From an uncultured bacterium (GTDB taxonomy: Bacteria; Pseudomonadota; Gammaproteobacteria; Burkholderiales; JACQAP01), in contig CBDDRM010000185.1 in assembly GCA_965233135.1 (NCBI GenBank), positions 9,290-73,289 on the forward strand: DNA of 64,000 nucleotides. The letters are read 5' to 3'. A program made the position numbers and the translations under genes. This document shows positions 41,259-51,317 of this stretch, piece after piece. Under the pieces are notes generated by a model. It did not search any database. It was not told the DNA's origin and saw only the letters and a program-made list of their open reading frames with translations. How positions within the stretch are numbered: position 1 is the stretch's first letter; every line of letters begins with the position of its first letter.

Positions 41259-41549
41259 ATGGCTACTAAATCCTCAGCAGTGGTCGCGTTCATCTCGCGC
41301 GAAGACTACATCGAATATCGTTCGGTTTGCGAAGACGGCGATGTGATGCCCAGCGATTACAAGGTGTTTCTCAAAGACTACAACCAGCAGCTCAGCGAGT
41401 TGCGTGCGTCAGGCGTATCGCCCACGCAAATGAATATCAAGCCTGCGGATCTGGTGTCCTGGTGCAAGGCAAATGGACACGCCGTCGACAGCAAAGGCCG
41501 TATCGCATATACAAATTTCGTTTTCGAATCGTTGAACATCAGGCGCTGA
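41259..41549 (+). CDS. Hypothetical protein (96 aa)
   Basis: ATG at 41259 follows ACGGAGAC. It has coding-like codon bias. The upstream part of the 41013 ORF overlaps selO and is rejected. I recognise no family. Confidence 0.55.
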   Translation: MATKSSAVVAFISREDYIEYRSVCEDGDVMPSDYKVFLKDYNQQLSELRASGVSPTQMNIKPADLVSWCKANGHAVDSKGRIAYTNFVFESLNIRR

Positions 41550-41693
41550 GCGCCGAGCGTGCCCGCCGCTTCTGCCTCTGTGAGGCTTGCCGGCGGCGAC
41601 CGCTTTCCTGATGAAGTCGTTGCGAACGCCGCCCGCCGCACGGCTGCAGCTGATGTACCATCGCGGCTTTTCACGAAAAGGTTGAAACCACAC

Positions 41694-42362
41694 ATGAGAC
41701 TCATCGCAATAGGCGCTACCGGAATATTCGCGATCGCAACGTCCGGCACGTTTGCCGCGGAACTTGCCAATGACGAACAAAAAACGCTCTACACCATCGG
41801 TGTTGCGGTCAGCCAGTCTCTGAGCGGTCTTGCGCTCAGCGAAGCGGAACTCGAGATCGTCAAGGCCGGCATGACCGACGGGGTGCTGCAGCGTCCCCTG
41901 AAAACCGATCCGACCGCCTATGGTCAAAAGGTGCAGCAACTGGTGCAGTCTCGTGCTGCCGTCGTTGCGGAAAAGGAAAAGAAAACCGGTGCGGCGTTCC
42001 TGGCCAAATCGGCAGCGGAGTCCGGTGCCAAGAAAACTGCGTCCGGCGCCATCGTCAAGACACTCAAGGAGGGCAAGGGACCCTCGCCCAAAGCATCCGA
42101 TACGGTGAAGGTGCATTATCAAGGCACCCTGATCGACGGCACTGTCTTCGATAGCTCGCTGCAGCGCGGGCAGCCGGCCACGTTCCCACTCGCTAACGTG
42201 ATCAAGTGCTGGACCGAAGGCGTACAGGAGATCAAGGTAGGCGGCAAGAGCCGGTTGGTCTGCCCGGCGGCCATAGCCTACGGCGACCGCGGCTCGCCGC
42301 CGCATATCAAACCCGGCGCGACGCTGGTGTTCGAAGTCGAATTATTGGAAATCGTGAAGTAA
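41694..42362 (+). CDS. Periplasmic FKBP-type peptidyl-prolyl cis-trans isomerase (Mip/FkpA-like)
   Basis: Signal peptide MRLIAIGATGIFAIATSGTFAAE, an N-terminal helical dimerisation region, and a C-terminal FKBP domain (VKVHYQGTLIDGTVFDSS...ATFPL..VI.CWTEG......GGKSRLVCPAAIAYGDRG.PP.I.PGATLVFEVELL). Confidence 0.88.
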   Translation: MRLIAIGATGIFAIATSGTFAAELANDEQKTLYTIGVAVSQSLSGLALSEAELEIVKAGMTDGVLQRPLKTDPTAYGQKVQQLVQSRAAVVAEKEKKTGAAFLAKSAAESGAKKTASGAIVKTLKEGKGPSPKASDTVKVHYQGTLIDGTVFDSSLQRGQPATFPLANVIKCWTEGVQEIKVGGKSRLVCPAAIAYGDRGSPPHIKPGATLVFEVELLEIVK

Positions 42363-42399
42363 ACGGCACGTCGCCGGTTCTGCCGGCGGCGTGAATTAC

Positions 42400-42672
42400 C
42401 TAGGCGTGGCGGTCGGGTGTCTTGAAGGGGCCGAGCACCGGTTCGTCTTCGGGCTCGGCGCCATGATAGGTGACCCGCAATGCCTCGTCCTCGGCGTCGT
42501 CCCAGGCTTTTGCCGCACGCTGATCGAAGCGGGCGCGGCTGCTGCGCTTCATTACGGCGTCGTAAGCGCGTTCCACGCTGAGACCGCGTTTTTCGATCAA
42601 TGCCGCCGCCGCCACACAGCCCGCCTCGATATCTTCTTGTGAGGCCTGCGAATCGAAAATCCAGAGTTTCAT
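42400..42672 (-). CDS. Hypothetical acidic protein (90 aa)
   Basis: Lies downstream of gshA on the same strand (87-nt gap) and has coding-like codon bias. I recognise no family. Confidence 0.5.
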   Translation of the reverse strand: MKLWIFDSQASQEDIEAGCVAAAALIEKRGLSVERAYDAVMKRSSRARFDQRAAKAWDDAEDEALRVTYHGAEPEDEPVLGPFKTPDRHA

Positions 42673-42759
42673 GATCGTTCCTGCGATAAAAGAGATGCGC
42701 GATACGCTGATTCTAGGAAATTATGGGCGCACGTGCATGAAAATAACGCATCGGCGTCT

Positions 42760-44334
42760 TCAGGCCGAGCGCACGGACCCGCGTCGACCGGACACCGCAT
42801 TGAGCCGTTGCGGCGCCAGATACTGCTGACGATAGTTTTCGAACGGCATGGTGTCCGCGGCTTCGAGTTGTTGCTGCGCCTCGATCGACTGCCCGGCCAG
42901 ATGGACGAAGTGTGCTTCGACCTCCGGCGCAAGTGACAGGCGCTTGATCTCGCCTGCATGACGCAACGATTGCGCGGCGGTAAAGCGGACATAGGAGCCG
43001 CCGTGTTGCTTGCGCATTTGGCCAAGCAATCGTGCCGAAGGAAGTAAATCCGGCTCATCCAGTGTCTTGACCGCGGCCCGCAGTGCATCGCCGTACGCCG
43101 TGCTGCCGTGTGTCGCGTCGAGGGCCGCTGCGATCGGCGCACATTGCGTGGCGAGCTGTTGCCCCCAGTCGCGCAGGCCGACCTTGCTCGCTTGTCGTTC
43201 AAGCAGCAGTCCGGGCTCACGTCCGCGTGCCGCCACGCGGTTCTGATTGCGTCCGATTTCCGCGATCTCCTCCGGGGTGTCCGGCGGGCTGTCGGCAAGC
43301 AGGCAATGCAGCAGAAAGATGTCGAGCAGCCGGATGGTGGATGCCTCGATGCCAATCGGGCAATACGGATCGAGGTCCATGAGCCGCACCTCGACGTATT
43401 CGACCCCTCGCTCGCGCAACGCGTGCAGCGGCCGCTCGCCCGGATGGATGACACGCTTGGCGCGGATCTTTCCGTAGAACTCGTTTTCGATCTGCAACAG
43501 ACTGGTCGCGAGCTGCCGGTAATCGTCTCCATCGCGAATGCCGATTGCTTCGTATGGCGGATAAGGTTTGGTCAGCGCGTCGAACAGCGAGGCGCCGTAA
43601 GTGTCCAGATTGTTGTAACTCACCGCGATGTTGGATTGCGCGTCGCTCTGGTAACCCAGACGTCCCATGCGCAATGACGTGCCATGGGGCAGGTGGTAGG
43701 TTCCGGGCGCGAATTCCCGCAACTCATGCGGCCGGCCCTCGATGAATGTCTCGCATACCGCAGGCGACGCGCCGAACAGGTACATCAGCAGCCAGGCATT
43801 GCGCCGAAAGTTTCGAATCAGCGCGAAGTAGGCGTCGTTGGGCTCGCCGATGTCACCGAGCGGCCAGACATTTGCGGGCAACGAGAAATTGTAGTGAATG
43901 CCCGAAATCATCTGCATGCGCCGGCCGTAGCGGTGCGACAACCCCGTGCGATAGACTGTTTTCAGGCGGCCCACATTGGAGCGGCCGTAACGACCAATCG
44001 GGATGACGTCATCGGCAGGCAGTCCGCAGGGCATGCTCGCACACCACATCTGTTCGTCGCCCAGCGCGCGATACACCACCTGGTGGATTTGCGTGAGTTC
44101 AGCCAGGCACGCCTCCACATCGGTGTGCACGCCGGTGATGAGCTCGAGCTGTGACTCGCTAAAGTCGGTGGTGATATGCGGGTGTGTCAGCGCAGACCCG
44201 AGTGACAACGGATGCTCGGTCATGGCGAGCGTGCCTTCCGGGCGGACCCGCAGGCTTTCCTTTTCAATGCCGCGACGAATGCCCTTCAGCATTTCGGGCG
44301 AAAGCAATGGCAGGCGTTGCTGAATTTTGTTCAA
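42760..44334 (-). CDS. gshA: Glutamate--cysteine ligase (type 1, E. coli-like)
   Basis: 524 aa. LKGIRRGIEKESLRV, HPHITTDFSESQLELITG and GISGIHYNFSLP-like segments match GshA. Confidence 0.93.
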   Translation of the reverse strand: MNKIQQRLPLLSPEMLKGIRRGIEKESLRVRPEGTLAMTEHPLSLGSALTHPHITTDFSESQLELITGVHTDVEACLAELTQIHQVVYRALGDEQMWCASMPCGLPADDVIPIGRYGRSNVGRLKTVYRTGLSHRYGRRMQMISGIHYNFSLPANVWPLGDIGEPNDAYFALIRNFRRNAWLLMYLFGASPAVCETFIEGRPHELREFAPGTYHLPHGTSLRMGRLGYQSDAQSNIAVSYNNLDTYGASLFDALTKPYPPYEAIGIRDGDDYRQLATSLLQIENEFYGKIRAKRVIHPGERPLHALRERGVEYVEVRLMDLDPYCPIGIEASTIRLLDIFLLHCLLADSPPDTPEEIAEIGRNQNRVAARGREPGLLLERQASKVGLRDWGQQLATQCAPIAAALDATHGSTAYGDALRAAVKTLDEPDLLPSARLLGQMRKQHGGSYVRFTAAQSLRHAGEIKRLSLAPEVEAHFVHLAGQSIEAQQQLEAADTMPFENYRQQYLAPQRLNAVSGRRGSVRSA

Positions 44335-44433
44335 ACCTTGGTGCCTCGCAGTGAGTCGGGTGCCCGTCGCTCGGGCAGTCCCGACATTATTTGTGGTGGT
44401 GCGCCACGCCGGCTCGCAGCAAACCGGTCTGGC

Positions 44434-45867
44434 TCATCGACCCAATGCCGCCACGATGTCCGCCACCAGCCGGTCGTGGGCCCAGCGCTTGCCCGCGGGA
44501 TCGATGCCTGTACGCACGATCACCAGGTCGTGGCCGGGCACGATCGTCACATACTGGCCTTTGTTGCCGGCGGTCGTGAAAGTGCCTGCGGGCACGCCCG
44601 GCATGGTGTCCAGCAGCCAGAACTGTGCCCCATAGCCCCACTCGCCGGCTACCGGCGGGCGAGCAGGCGCCGGCGCGCTGGAAAATTTCACCCAGCCTTC
44701 CGGCAACAGGCGCTTGCCGCTCCATACGCCGTCGTTCGCCAGCAGCATGCCAAAGCGCGCCAGGTCGCGCGCCGTCGTGTAGGTCTGGCTCGAGCCCACG
44801 AAGTTACCGAGGTGGTCGACTTCCATGCGCGTGTGATACATGCCCAGCGGATTCAGCAGTTCATCATACGGAAAACGCAGGTAGCGCAGATCGTCCCCGA
44901 GTTTGTGGCGCAAGGCGCGCAACAGCAGCAGGGTGTCGTTGTTCGCATATTTCCAGCGCGAACCCGGCGCGACCTCGAGCGGCGTGGTGGTGACCGCACT
45001 GATGACATCCTGGCCGCCGAAATAGACTGCATAAGTGTTGGGACCGCCGCTGAAAAGTCCGCTGGACATCCACAGCAGGTGTTTATGGGTGATGGCCTGG
45101 CGCGGGTCCCCGGAATAAGACCATTCCGGAATTTCAACCGGCGCATCGAGATCGAGGATGCCTTGGCGGGCCGCGATGCCAATCAGCGCGGCAGAAATGC
45201 TTTTTGCCGTTGACCAGGTTCGATAACCGGAATGGATGCCGAAACCCGGTCGATAGCGCTCGGCGATGATCTTGGCTCGGTGCACGATGATCACCGCCGC
45301 GGTGACCACGCCGGCGCTGTCTGTGTAGCTGCGCCCGTCGAATGCGCGCGTCAGCACCGGGCCCAGCGCCGGATATTGCGCACTCAGGCCGCTGGAGGGC
45401 AAGTCGACGCGATCGCCGGCTGGAAACGGCAGGTTGTCGACGTTGGGTGCGCTCTCATATTGCACATTGGGCAGGCGCGCAATGTCGCCCGCGCGCCAAT
45501 GCGGCGGCAGCACGGTGCATCCCATGCCTTCGCGGAAGGCAGCGACCTGCACGATGGCGCCGGCGGCATCCGATGCGCTCACGAGTTTGCGTTGCGCGTC
45601 GATGAGCGGATCGGGGTAGCCGAGACCTTCGACGTCGATGAGCTCGACCTTCTTGATATCTGACAGCGCGCGACCCGCGAAAAAATGCGCGGAGCAGGTA
45701 AACAGCGCGCGGTACCCCGCTACAATCAGGGGCTCTTTCTCATCGGCGATGCCGGCCGGGCGCACGTAAGGAGGCGCCGCCGGGACGGCAGTGGCCTGAG
45801 CACACAGCAAAATACCGAGCGCCAGCGCGATCGAGAATCCTGTGGCTTGATGCAATGAGCTGTTCAT
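44434..45867 (-). CDS. Secreted serine hydrolase (beta-lactamase/class-C-like, PBP4*-like family)
   Basis: Signal peptide MNSSLHQATGFSIALALGILLCAQATA and an SxxK motif in YRTWSTAKSISAALIG. The start is taken at 45867 rather than 46014. Confidence 0.82.
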   Translation of the reverse strand: MNSSLHQATGFSIALALGILLCAQATAVPAAPPYVRPAGIADEKEPLIVAGYRALFTCSAHFFAGRALSDIKKVELIDVEGLGYPDPLIDAQRKLVSASDAAGAIVQVAAFREGMGCTVLPPHWRAGDIARLPNVQYESAPNVDNLPFPAGDRVDLPSSGLSAQYPALGPVLTRAFDGRSYTDSAGVVTAAVIIVHRAKIIAERYRPGFGIHSGYRTWSTAKSISAALIGIAARQGILDLDAPVEIPEWSYSGDPRQAITHKHLLWMSSGLFSGGPNTYAVYFGGQDVISAVTTTPLEVAPGSRWKYANNDTLLLLRALRHKLGDDLRYLRFPYDELLNPLGMYHTRMEVDHLGNFVGSSQTYTTARDLARFGMLLANDGVWSGKRLLPEGWVKFSSAPAPARPPVAGEWGYGAQFWLLDTMPGVPAGTFTTAGNKGQYVTIVPGHDLVIVRTGIDPAGKRWAHDRLVADIVAALGR

Positions 45868-46022
45868 GCGATGCGTTCGAAAATGTGCTGATCCGGCCAA
45901 AAACCGGAATCGATGCAACTTGAATGGATAATCGGGCTCAATGTCACAGCAGGGCGCAAGCGTAACACGCCCGACGCTGTGCTGAAGACTGCCCGGACCG
46001 TCAATCACCAACAAGGAACGTC

Positions 46023-46631
46023 ATGCTGCCGCCCTTTACCCAAGCCCTGATCGTCGCCAACGTCGTGGTCTTTTTATTGGAAACAGTCATGGGCAACGTG
46101 CTGTTCCAATGGTTCGCATTGTGGCCCGGCGCCGGCCCCGGTCTGTCGAGCGTGCCGATCCTGACGTTCTGGCAGCTGGTCACTTACAGTTTCCTTCATG
46201 GCGGCTTGATGCATCTGGCGTTCAACATGTTCGCGCTCTGGATGTTCTGTAGCGAACTTGAACGCGTATGGGGTGCGCGTCGCGCCGCGATGGCTTACTT
46301 CGCCAGTGTGGTCACCGGTGCGCTTGCCCAGTTGCTCGTCGGCGGCCTGTTTGTTCCCGCCGGCCCGGTCGTGGGCGCCTCGGCTGGCGTGTTCGGCATT
46401 TTGCTGGCCTATGCGCTGGTATTCCCGAACCGGACCATCGTGCTGTTGATTCCGCCGATTCCCATGCCGGCACGGTTGTTCGTGCTGCTCTACGCGATTA
46501 TCGAACTCGTGCTCGGCGTCACGGGAACGCAGTCGGGTGTAGCGCATTTCGCGCATCTCGGCGGATTGATCGGCGGCTGGCTGGTGTATCGCTACGGGCG
46601 CGCCAAACCGCCCAACTGGCGGCGCAGCTAA
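46023..46631 (+). CDS. Rhomboid-family intramembrane serine protease
   Basis: Six TM segments. The catalytic Ser is in GASAGVFGILLA and the catalytic His in VAHFAHLGGLIGG. An upstream FLHGGLMHLAFNM motif is present. Confidence 0.88.
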   Translation: MLPPFTQALIVANVVVFLLETVMGNVLFQWFALWPGAGPGLSSVPILTFWQLVTYSFLHGGLMHLAFNMFALWMFCSELERVWGARRAAMAYFASVVTGALAQLLVGGLFVPAGPVVGASAGVFGILLAYALVFPNRTIVLLIPPIPMPARLFVLLYAIIELVLGVTGTQSGVAHFAHLGGLIGGWLVYRYGRAKPPNWRRS

Positions 46632-46643
46632 TGATAGCCGGTC

Positions 46644-47756
46644 TTATTGAGCTTCGATCGTGAAGCTGCGTGGCGCTTGCGCAGCGGCGGAGATGGTGAA
46701 ATAAATGCGCCCGATTTCCCGCTCGTCCGTGGTCTCGACCTGCAGTTTCCAATCCCCTGGTTGATAGTTGGATTTGACGCCATAGCCGCGGAAGCCCTGT
46801 TCGCGTCCGCCGACGATCGCGATGGGAATGGAGTCCTGCAACCACCACTTGCCGCGAGCGTCCTTCCAGTACCAGCGCATCAATACCTGATCGGCGAATC
46901 GGGTGGGCGAAAAAACGCGGAAATAGACGTACAGCTTGTCGCCGGGCTGCGCCCGGAAATACTGGTCGCCGTGGTGCCATAGGCGCCAGAACGGGCGCTC
47001 GTGGCTGAGCAGGAATGCATCGGCGCTGCGCTCCACGTGGTGATAGACCCCGATGAACGGCAGCGAAAGCGGTACCGGCGGAATCAGCCGGAACATATAC
47101 AGCGACAAGTAGGCGATGAGGACCAGGCCGAAGGGCACCAGGATCTGCCGTCTGGCCTGCCGCGCGCGCTCGGGCGCGTGGATGCGGATGCGACGATTGA
47201 TCACGGCCATCGGTATACAAGCGACCAGCATCGAAAGCAGGAAGACCACCATGCCGACCGAGCCGACGAATATCGGCACGACGCTGGCACTGAAGGACAG
47301 CACGCACAGGCTAAACAGCGCAAACTTGAAGGATAGCCCGAGCCCCTTGAGTCGTCTGGATTCGTTGGCGATCAGCAGCACCACCAGCCCCATCATGAAC
47401 GCGAACGACACGAACAGCGACGAGCTCTTGAAGAAAAACAGCGCATACAGGCTTAGCAACGTGCCGAGCAAAAAATGCACGAGGGCGCCGCGGTACTCGT
47501 AATACAAGCGCTTGACGGCGGGCAGGGCATGCAGATCCGGCGCTGGCTTGCCCTCGGCAAAGAACATCTGCAGCAGGATCACCGCGATCAGAACCAGATA
47601 AAGGACCTGCTGCCCGATCACAAGCCAGGAATCGATGCGTCCGAGCGTGACGACATCGAACAGGAATCCGCCGACGAAAGCCGCGATGTTGAGCAGCTCT
47701 TCGTGCGTCTCGTAGTAGCGTCTGAGGCGCTGCAGCGGGGAAACCGGCAGGTCCAT
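46644..47756 (-). CDS. Polytopic membrane protein with C-terminal soluble domain (DUF2914-like, tentative)
   Basis: 370 aa with about 7 TM helices followed by a ~110-aa beta-rich C-terminal domain. The family name is from memory only. Confidence 0.65.
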   Translation of the reverse strand: MDLPVSPLQRLRRYYETHEELLNIAAFVGGFLFDVVTLGRIDSWLVIGQQVLYLVLIAVILLQMFFAEGKPAPDLHALPAVKRLYYEYRGALVHFLLGTLLSLYALFFFKSSSLFVSFAFMMGLVVLLIANESRRLKGLGLSFKFALFSLCVLSFSASVVPIFVGSVGMVVFLLSMLVACIPMAVINRRIRIHAPERARQARRQILVPFGLVLIAYLSLYMFRLIPPVPLSLPFIGVYHHVERSADAFLLSHERPFWRLWHHGDQYFRAQPGDKLYVYFRVFSPTRFADQVLMRWYWKDARGKWWLQDSIPIAIVGGREQGFRGYGVKSNYQPGDWKLQVETTDEREIGRIYFTISAAAQAPRSFTIEAQ

Positions 47757-48061
47757 TCAGCCCAATACCGCGTGCATGCCCTGCCGCAGGCGACGCATGG
47801 CAGTATCCAGTCTGAATTGGTCCACTCGCGGCTCCCCTTTTGGCCAGCTGCACTGCTTTTGACTCGGCGGGCCCGAACGGTCCGGATCCTCGCGCGGCAT
47901 CAGATCGGGCCCATGATGACGGGATCATGCATACGCGGCAAGCCGGTCACGCGTCGGCACGGGCACGTAAGCGCCGGGCAAAAGGCCGATGCGATGCGAA
48001 CTTCCGGCGCGAGCGCGGGTCTGGCGTTCAGGGCTTGCACGACAACCGAGGCGGGGAATCA

Positions 48062-49270
48062 ATGCGAACGGTCGGTGTAGCGCTACGAAGGTGGCTTGGC
48101 TTATGCGTCTGCATCCAGGCGGTACTGTTGGCGGCCTGCGGCGGGGGGAGTGATGCGGCCACGGGGGCGACTGTTTCACTGCGCCTCGAGCGCATCGATT
48201 CGCCCGCGCTTGACTTGAACTTTCCGGTATTCCTGACGGCCCCGCCCGGCGACACCGGGCGACTGTTCGTGATCGAGAAAGCCGGCCTGATCAAGGTCGT
48301 CGATCGCCGCACCAATGCGCTGCTGGCAACCTTTCTCGATTTGCGCAGCCTCGTGTCTACAGGCTCGGAGCAAGGCTTGCTCGGTCTCGCTTTCGATCCG
48401 CTGTATGCCAGCAATGGTCGCTTCTACGTGAGCTATACGGACGGCGCGGGAGACTCGGTGATCGCGCGCTATGGCGTCAGCGCCGATCCGAATGTCGCCC
48501 ACCCCGGCGCGCAGCGAGTACTGCTCACGGTGGCACAGCCTTTTGCAAATCATAACGGCGGCATGATCGCATTCGGCGGCGACGGCATGCTGTACATCGG
48601 CCTGGGAGACGGTGGCGAACCCGGTGGTCCGGGCAATCGCGCCCAGGACGACAATGATCTGCTGGGCAAGTTGCTGCGCATCGATGTCACACAGGGCAGC
48701 CTCGCGCCGCAGCCGGCTTACGCGATTCCGCCGACCAATCCATACTATGCCCAAACTGGCAAGCGCGGAGAGATCTGGAGCACGGGCTTGCGCAATCCGT
48801 GGCGCTTCAGTTTTGATCTTGAAACTGGAGATCTGTACATAGCCGACGTGGGCCAGGAGAACTGGGAGGAAGTCGATGTTGCGACCGCGGCTGCCGGCGG
48901 TGGACGCGCGCTCAATTTTGGCTGGAGCGTCATGGAGGCGATGCATTGCTACCCGGCTGCCTCGTCGTGCAGCAGCGCGGGATTGACGTTGCCGGCGCTC
49001 GCGTACGACCACGGCCAGGGTTGCTCGATCACGGGTGGCTATGCTTATCGCGGTAGCGCCATACCGGAGCTGCGGGGCACTTATTTCTATGGCGATTATT
49101 GCACGGGCTTTGTGCGTAGTTTCCGCCTGGCGGGCGCCAGGGCCACCGAACTTACCGACTGGACCGCGCTGCGGCCCGGCGGCAATATAACCAGCTTCGG
49201 CGAAGATGCGGCCGGCGAACTTTATCTCATGACATCCGACGGTCGGCTTTATCGCATCGCGCAAAATTAG
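48062..49270 (+). CDS. PQQ-dependent sugar (glucose/sorbosone) dehydrogenase-like beta-propeller lipoprotein
   Basis: Lipobox VLLAACGGG. Motifs GLLGLAFDP, HNGGMIAFGGDGMLYIGLGDGG, EIWSTGLRNPWRFSFD and GGYAYRG are typical of the YliI/sGDH family. Confidence 0.85.
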   Translation: MRTVGVALRRWLGLCVCIQAVLLAACGGGSDAATGATVSLRLERIDSPALDLNFPVFLTAPPGDTGRLFVIEKAGLIKVVDRRTNALLATFLDLRSLVSTGSEQGLLGLAFDPLYASNGRFYVSYTDGAGDSVIARYGVSADPNVAHPGAQRVLLTVAQPFANHNGGMIAFGGDGMLYIGLGDGGEPGGPGNRAQDDNDLLGKLLRIDVTQGSLAPQPAYAIPPTNPYYAQTGKRGEIWSTGLRNPWRFSFDLETGDLYIADVGQENWEEVDVATAAAGGGRALNFGWSVMEAMHCYPAASSCSSAGLTLPALAYDHGQGCSITGGYAYRGSAIPELRGTYFYGDYCTGFVRSFRLAGARATELTDWTALRPGGNITSFGEDAAGELYLMTSDGRLYRIAQN

Positions 49271-50439
49271 ACGCGTGCATCGACACCGGACCGGTGCGCT
49301 GCGATGCGCACCGCAAACCAGTAACCAAGCAGTGCCAGGCCCGCGCCGCACAGGGCGAAGGTCCATGCGTAATGCAGCAGGCGAATGGCGATGCCGCAAA
49401 CAGCCACGCCGCCCGCCTGTCCCATGAACAGGCAAAAAGCGAACACGGCGATCGCCGTGCCGCGTGCGTTCGGTGCCATCTCTGTGGCACGTGTCTGCAA
49501 GGTGTTGTGGAACATGTAGAAACCGAATCCGGCAATGATGAATACCGGGATGGTGGCCTGCCAGGATGGCAGCAGCGCGATCGCGCCCATGCACAGGAGC
49601 AGCAGCGTGCCGCCGAGCCGCACGAAGCCCTGTTCGCCCAGGCGCGCAAGCAGCCATTTCACCAGCAAGCTGTAGATCACGCCGCCGAGACCGAATCCGG
49701 CCAACAGCAGGCCGATCAGCAGATAGGACAGATCGAAGCGATCCTTCAGATAAGCGCCGGTATAGGCAAACGCGCCGTAGAACAGGGCGCCTTCCAGGAA
49801 CACGGCGAAAACGACCGTGCGCACCCACGGGTCACGCAGCACCGCGGCGTAAGTGCGCCATACGTTCTCGCGCGGTGTCGGCGCCGACACGCGTGGGCCG
49901 CGCCGCTCGACCGTGAACAGCACGATGCTTACCGCGAGGAATACCGCGGCCATGACGTCGAACACGCGCCGCCAACTGACGAATTCCGCGAGTGCGCCGC
50001 CCAGCGCCGGCCCGAGAATCTGCCCCATGAGGATGAAGCCCAGGAAGCGTCCCAACGTGGCCTGGCGCTTGTCATACGCGCTGTTATCGCCGATCCATGC
50101 GAGCGACAGCGGCACGATGGCCGCCGCGCCGATGCCGGTTGCGAAGCGCATCGCGGCCAGTGCGGAGAGGCTCGATGCATAGGCGCAACCGAGCGATGCC
50201 GCGGCAGCGATCAGAGTCGCACCGCCGATGACGCGCAATTTGCCGACGCGATCGCCCAATGGACCGTGCACGATCTGGAACAGCCCGTACGCCAGCGTGA
50301 ATGCGGTTACGACGATCGAGGCGGTCGTGGGCAACACGCCGAAATCGCGCGCGACGGTGGGCAGCAGTGCATCGAACAGACGCAGATTGGCGCCGGAGAC
50401 AAAGGCGGCGGCGGCGAGCGCGAGAAAGGCTGGAGGCAT
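49267..50439 (-). CDS. MFS transporter
   Basis: 12-TM hydrophobic product with the MFS loop motif GPLGDRVGKLRV. The start is uncertain (ATG 50439 or GTG 50508). The stop overlaps the convergent upstream gene's stop. Confidence 0.85.
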   Translation of the reverse strand: MPPAFLALAAAAFVSGANLRLFDALLPTVARDFGVLPTTASIVVTAFTLAYGLFQIVHGPLGDRVGKLRVIGGATLIAAAASLGCAYASSLSALAAMRFATGIGAAAIVPLSLAWIGDNSAYDKRQATLGRFLGFILMGQILGPALGGALAEFVSWRRVFDVMAAVFLAVSIVLFTVERRGPRVSAPTPRENVWRTYAAVLRDPWVRTVVFAVFLEGALFYGAFAYTGAYLKDRFDLSYLLIGLLLAGFGLGGVIYSLLVKWLLARLGEQGFVRLGGTLLLLCMGAIALLPSWQATIPVFIIAGFGFYMFHNTLQTRATEMAPNARGTAIAVFAFCLFMGQAGGVAVCGIAIRLLHYAWTFALCGAGLALLGYWFAVRIAAHRSGVDARV

Positions 50440-50543
50440 GGCGGGCTGGGGAGCATTCTGCCTGCAACGGCCGCTTAAATCGATGAAAACCTCGGAGTAG
50501 AATGGCACCGTGCCATAGCGCCCGAACCCCAGCCGATCAACTC

Positions 50544-51317
50544 ATGAAGCCTATGATGAATGCAAACCTCACCAGCGGGCCCCGACGAATCGGTAATCGG
50601 TTGGCGGTTGCGGGATTGATCGTCGCGTTGCTGAGCGCCGTAGCAATGATCGTTTCCGGTTTCGGATATCGCCTGGACCTTTGGCATTTCCGAACCGGTT
50701 TCGCCATTATCCGGTGGGCATTCTGGTTCGCCCTCGCGGGCGCCATTCTTGCCCTGGCAGGCCTGGTCATGACAGCGGGCAGGCCCGGAAGAATTCTCAT
50801 CGCCGCGCTCGCGGGCATTGCGATCGGCATGGCGGCCGCATACATGCCCTGGAGCCTCAAGCGTGCCGCCGAGGCGCTGCCTTTCATTCATGACATCAGC
50901 ACCGACACCGCGAACCCCCCCGAATTCATCGCGGCGGCGAGACTGCGCAAGCCCGGGGACCATCCTGTCACCTACGACGGGCAGGAAGTGGCGGATCTGC
51001 AAAAAAAAGCCTATCCCGATCTCGCGTCCTTCAAGACCGGCGCGCCAAGCGACAAGGTCTTCGAAGCTGCCAAGGCCGCCATCGACTCGATGGGAATGCA
51101 CCTGGTCGAAACCGACCCGGCAACAGGGCGCATCGAAGCCACGCAGACCAGCCTGTTCTATGGTTTTACCGACGACATGGTCGTGCGCATAACGCCGGTC
51201 GCCGAAGGTACGAAAGTCGATGTACGTTCGAAATCCCGCGTCGGCCGCAGCGATGTCGGCCAGAACGCGAAACGCATCCGCACGTTTCTGCAGAAGCTCT
51301 CGGCCAATCTGGGTTAG
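50544..51317 (+). CDS. DUF1499-like protein with N-terminal membrane anchor
   Basis: Three N-terminal TM segments followed by a soluble domain (DISTDTANPPEF...DDMVVRITP...VDVRSKSRVGRSDVGQNAKRIRTFL) that matches DUF1499 as I recall it. The start is uncertain (50502 or 50544). Confidence 0.72.
   Translation: MKPMMNANLTSGPRRIGNRLAVAGLIVALLSAVAMIVSGFGYRLDLWHFRTGFAIIRWAFWFALAGAILALAGLVMTAGRPGRILIAALAGIAIGMAAAYMPWSLKRAAEALPFIHDISTDTANPPEFIAAARLRKPGDHPVTYDGQEVADLQKKAYPDLASFKTGAPSDKVFEAAKAAIDSMGMHLVETDPATGRIEATQTSLFYGFTDDMVVRITPVAEGTKVDVRSKSRVGRSDVGQNAKRIRTFLQKLSANLG

Noticed and set aside
42372-42388. Short hairpin CGCCGG-TTCTG-CCGGCG between the FKBP gene and the convergent small ORF, considered as a terminator.
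   Set aside because: It has only a 6-bp stem and no T-tract on either strand, which is too weak to call.
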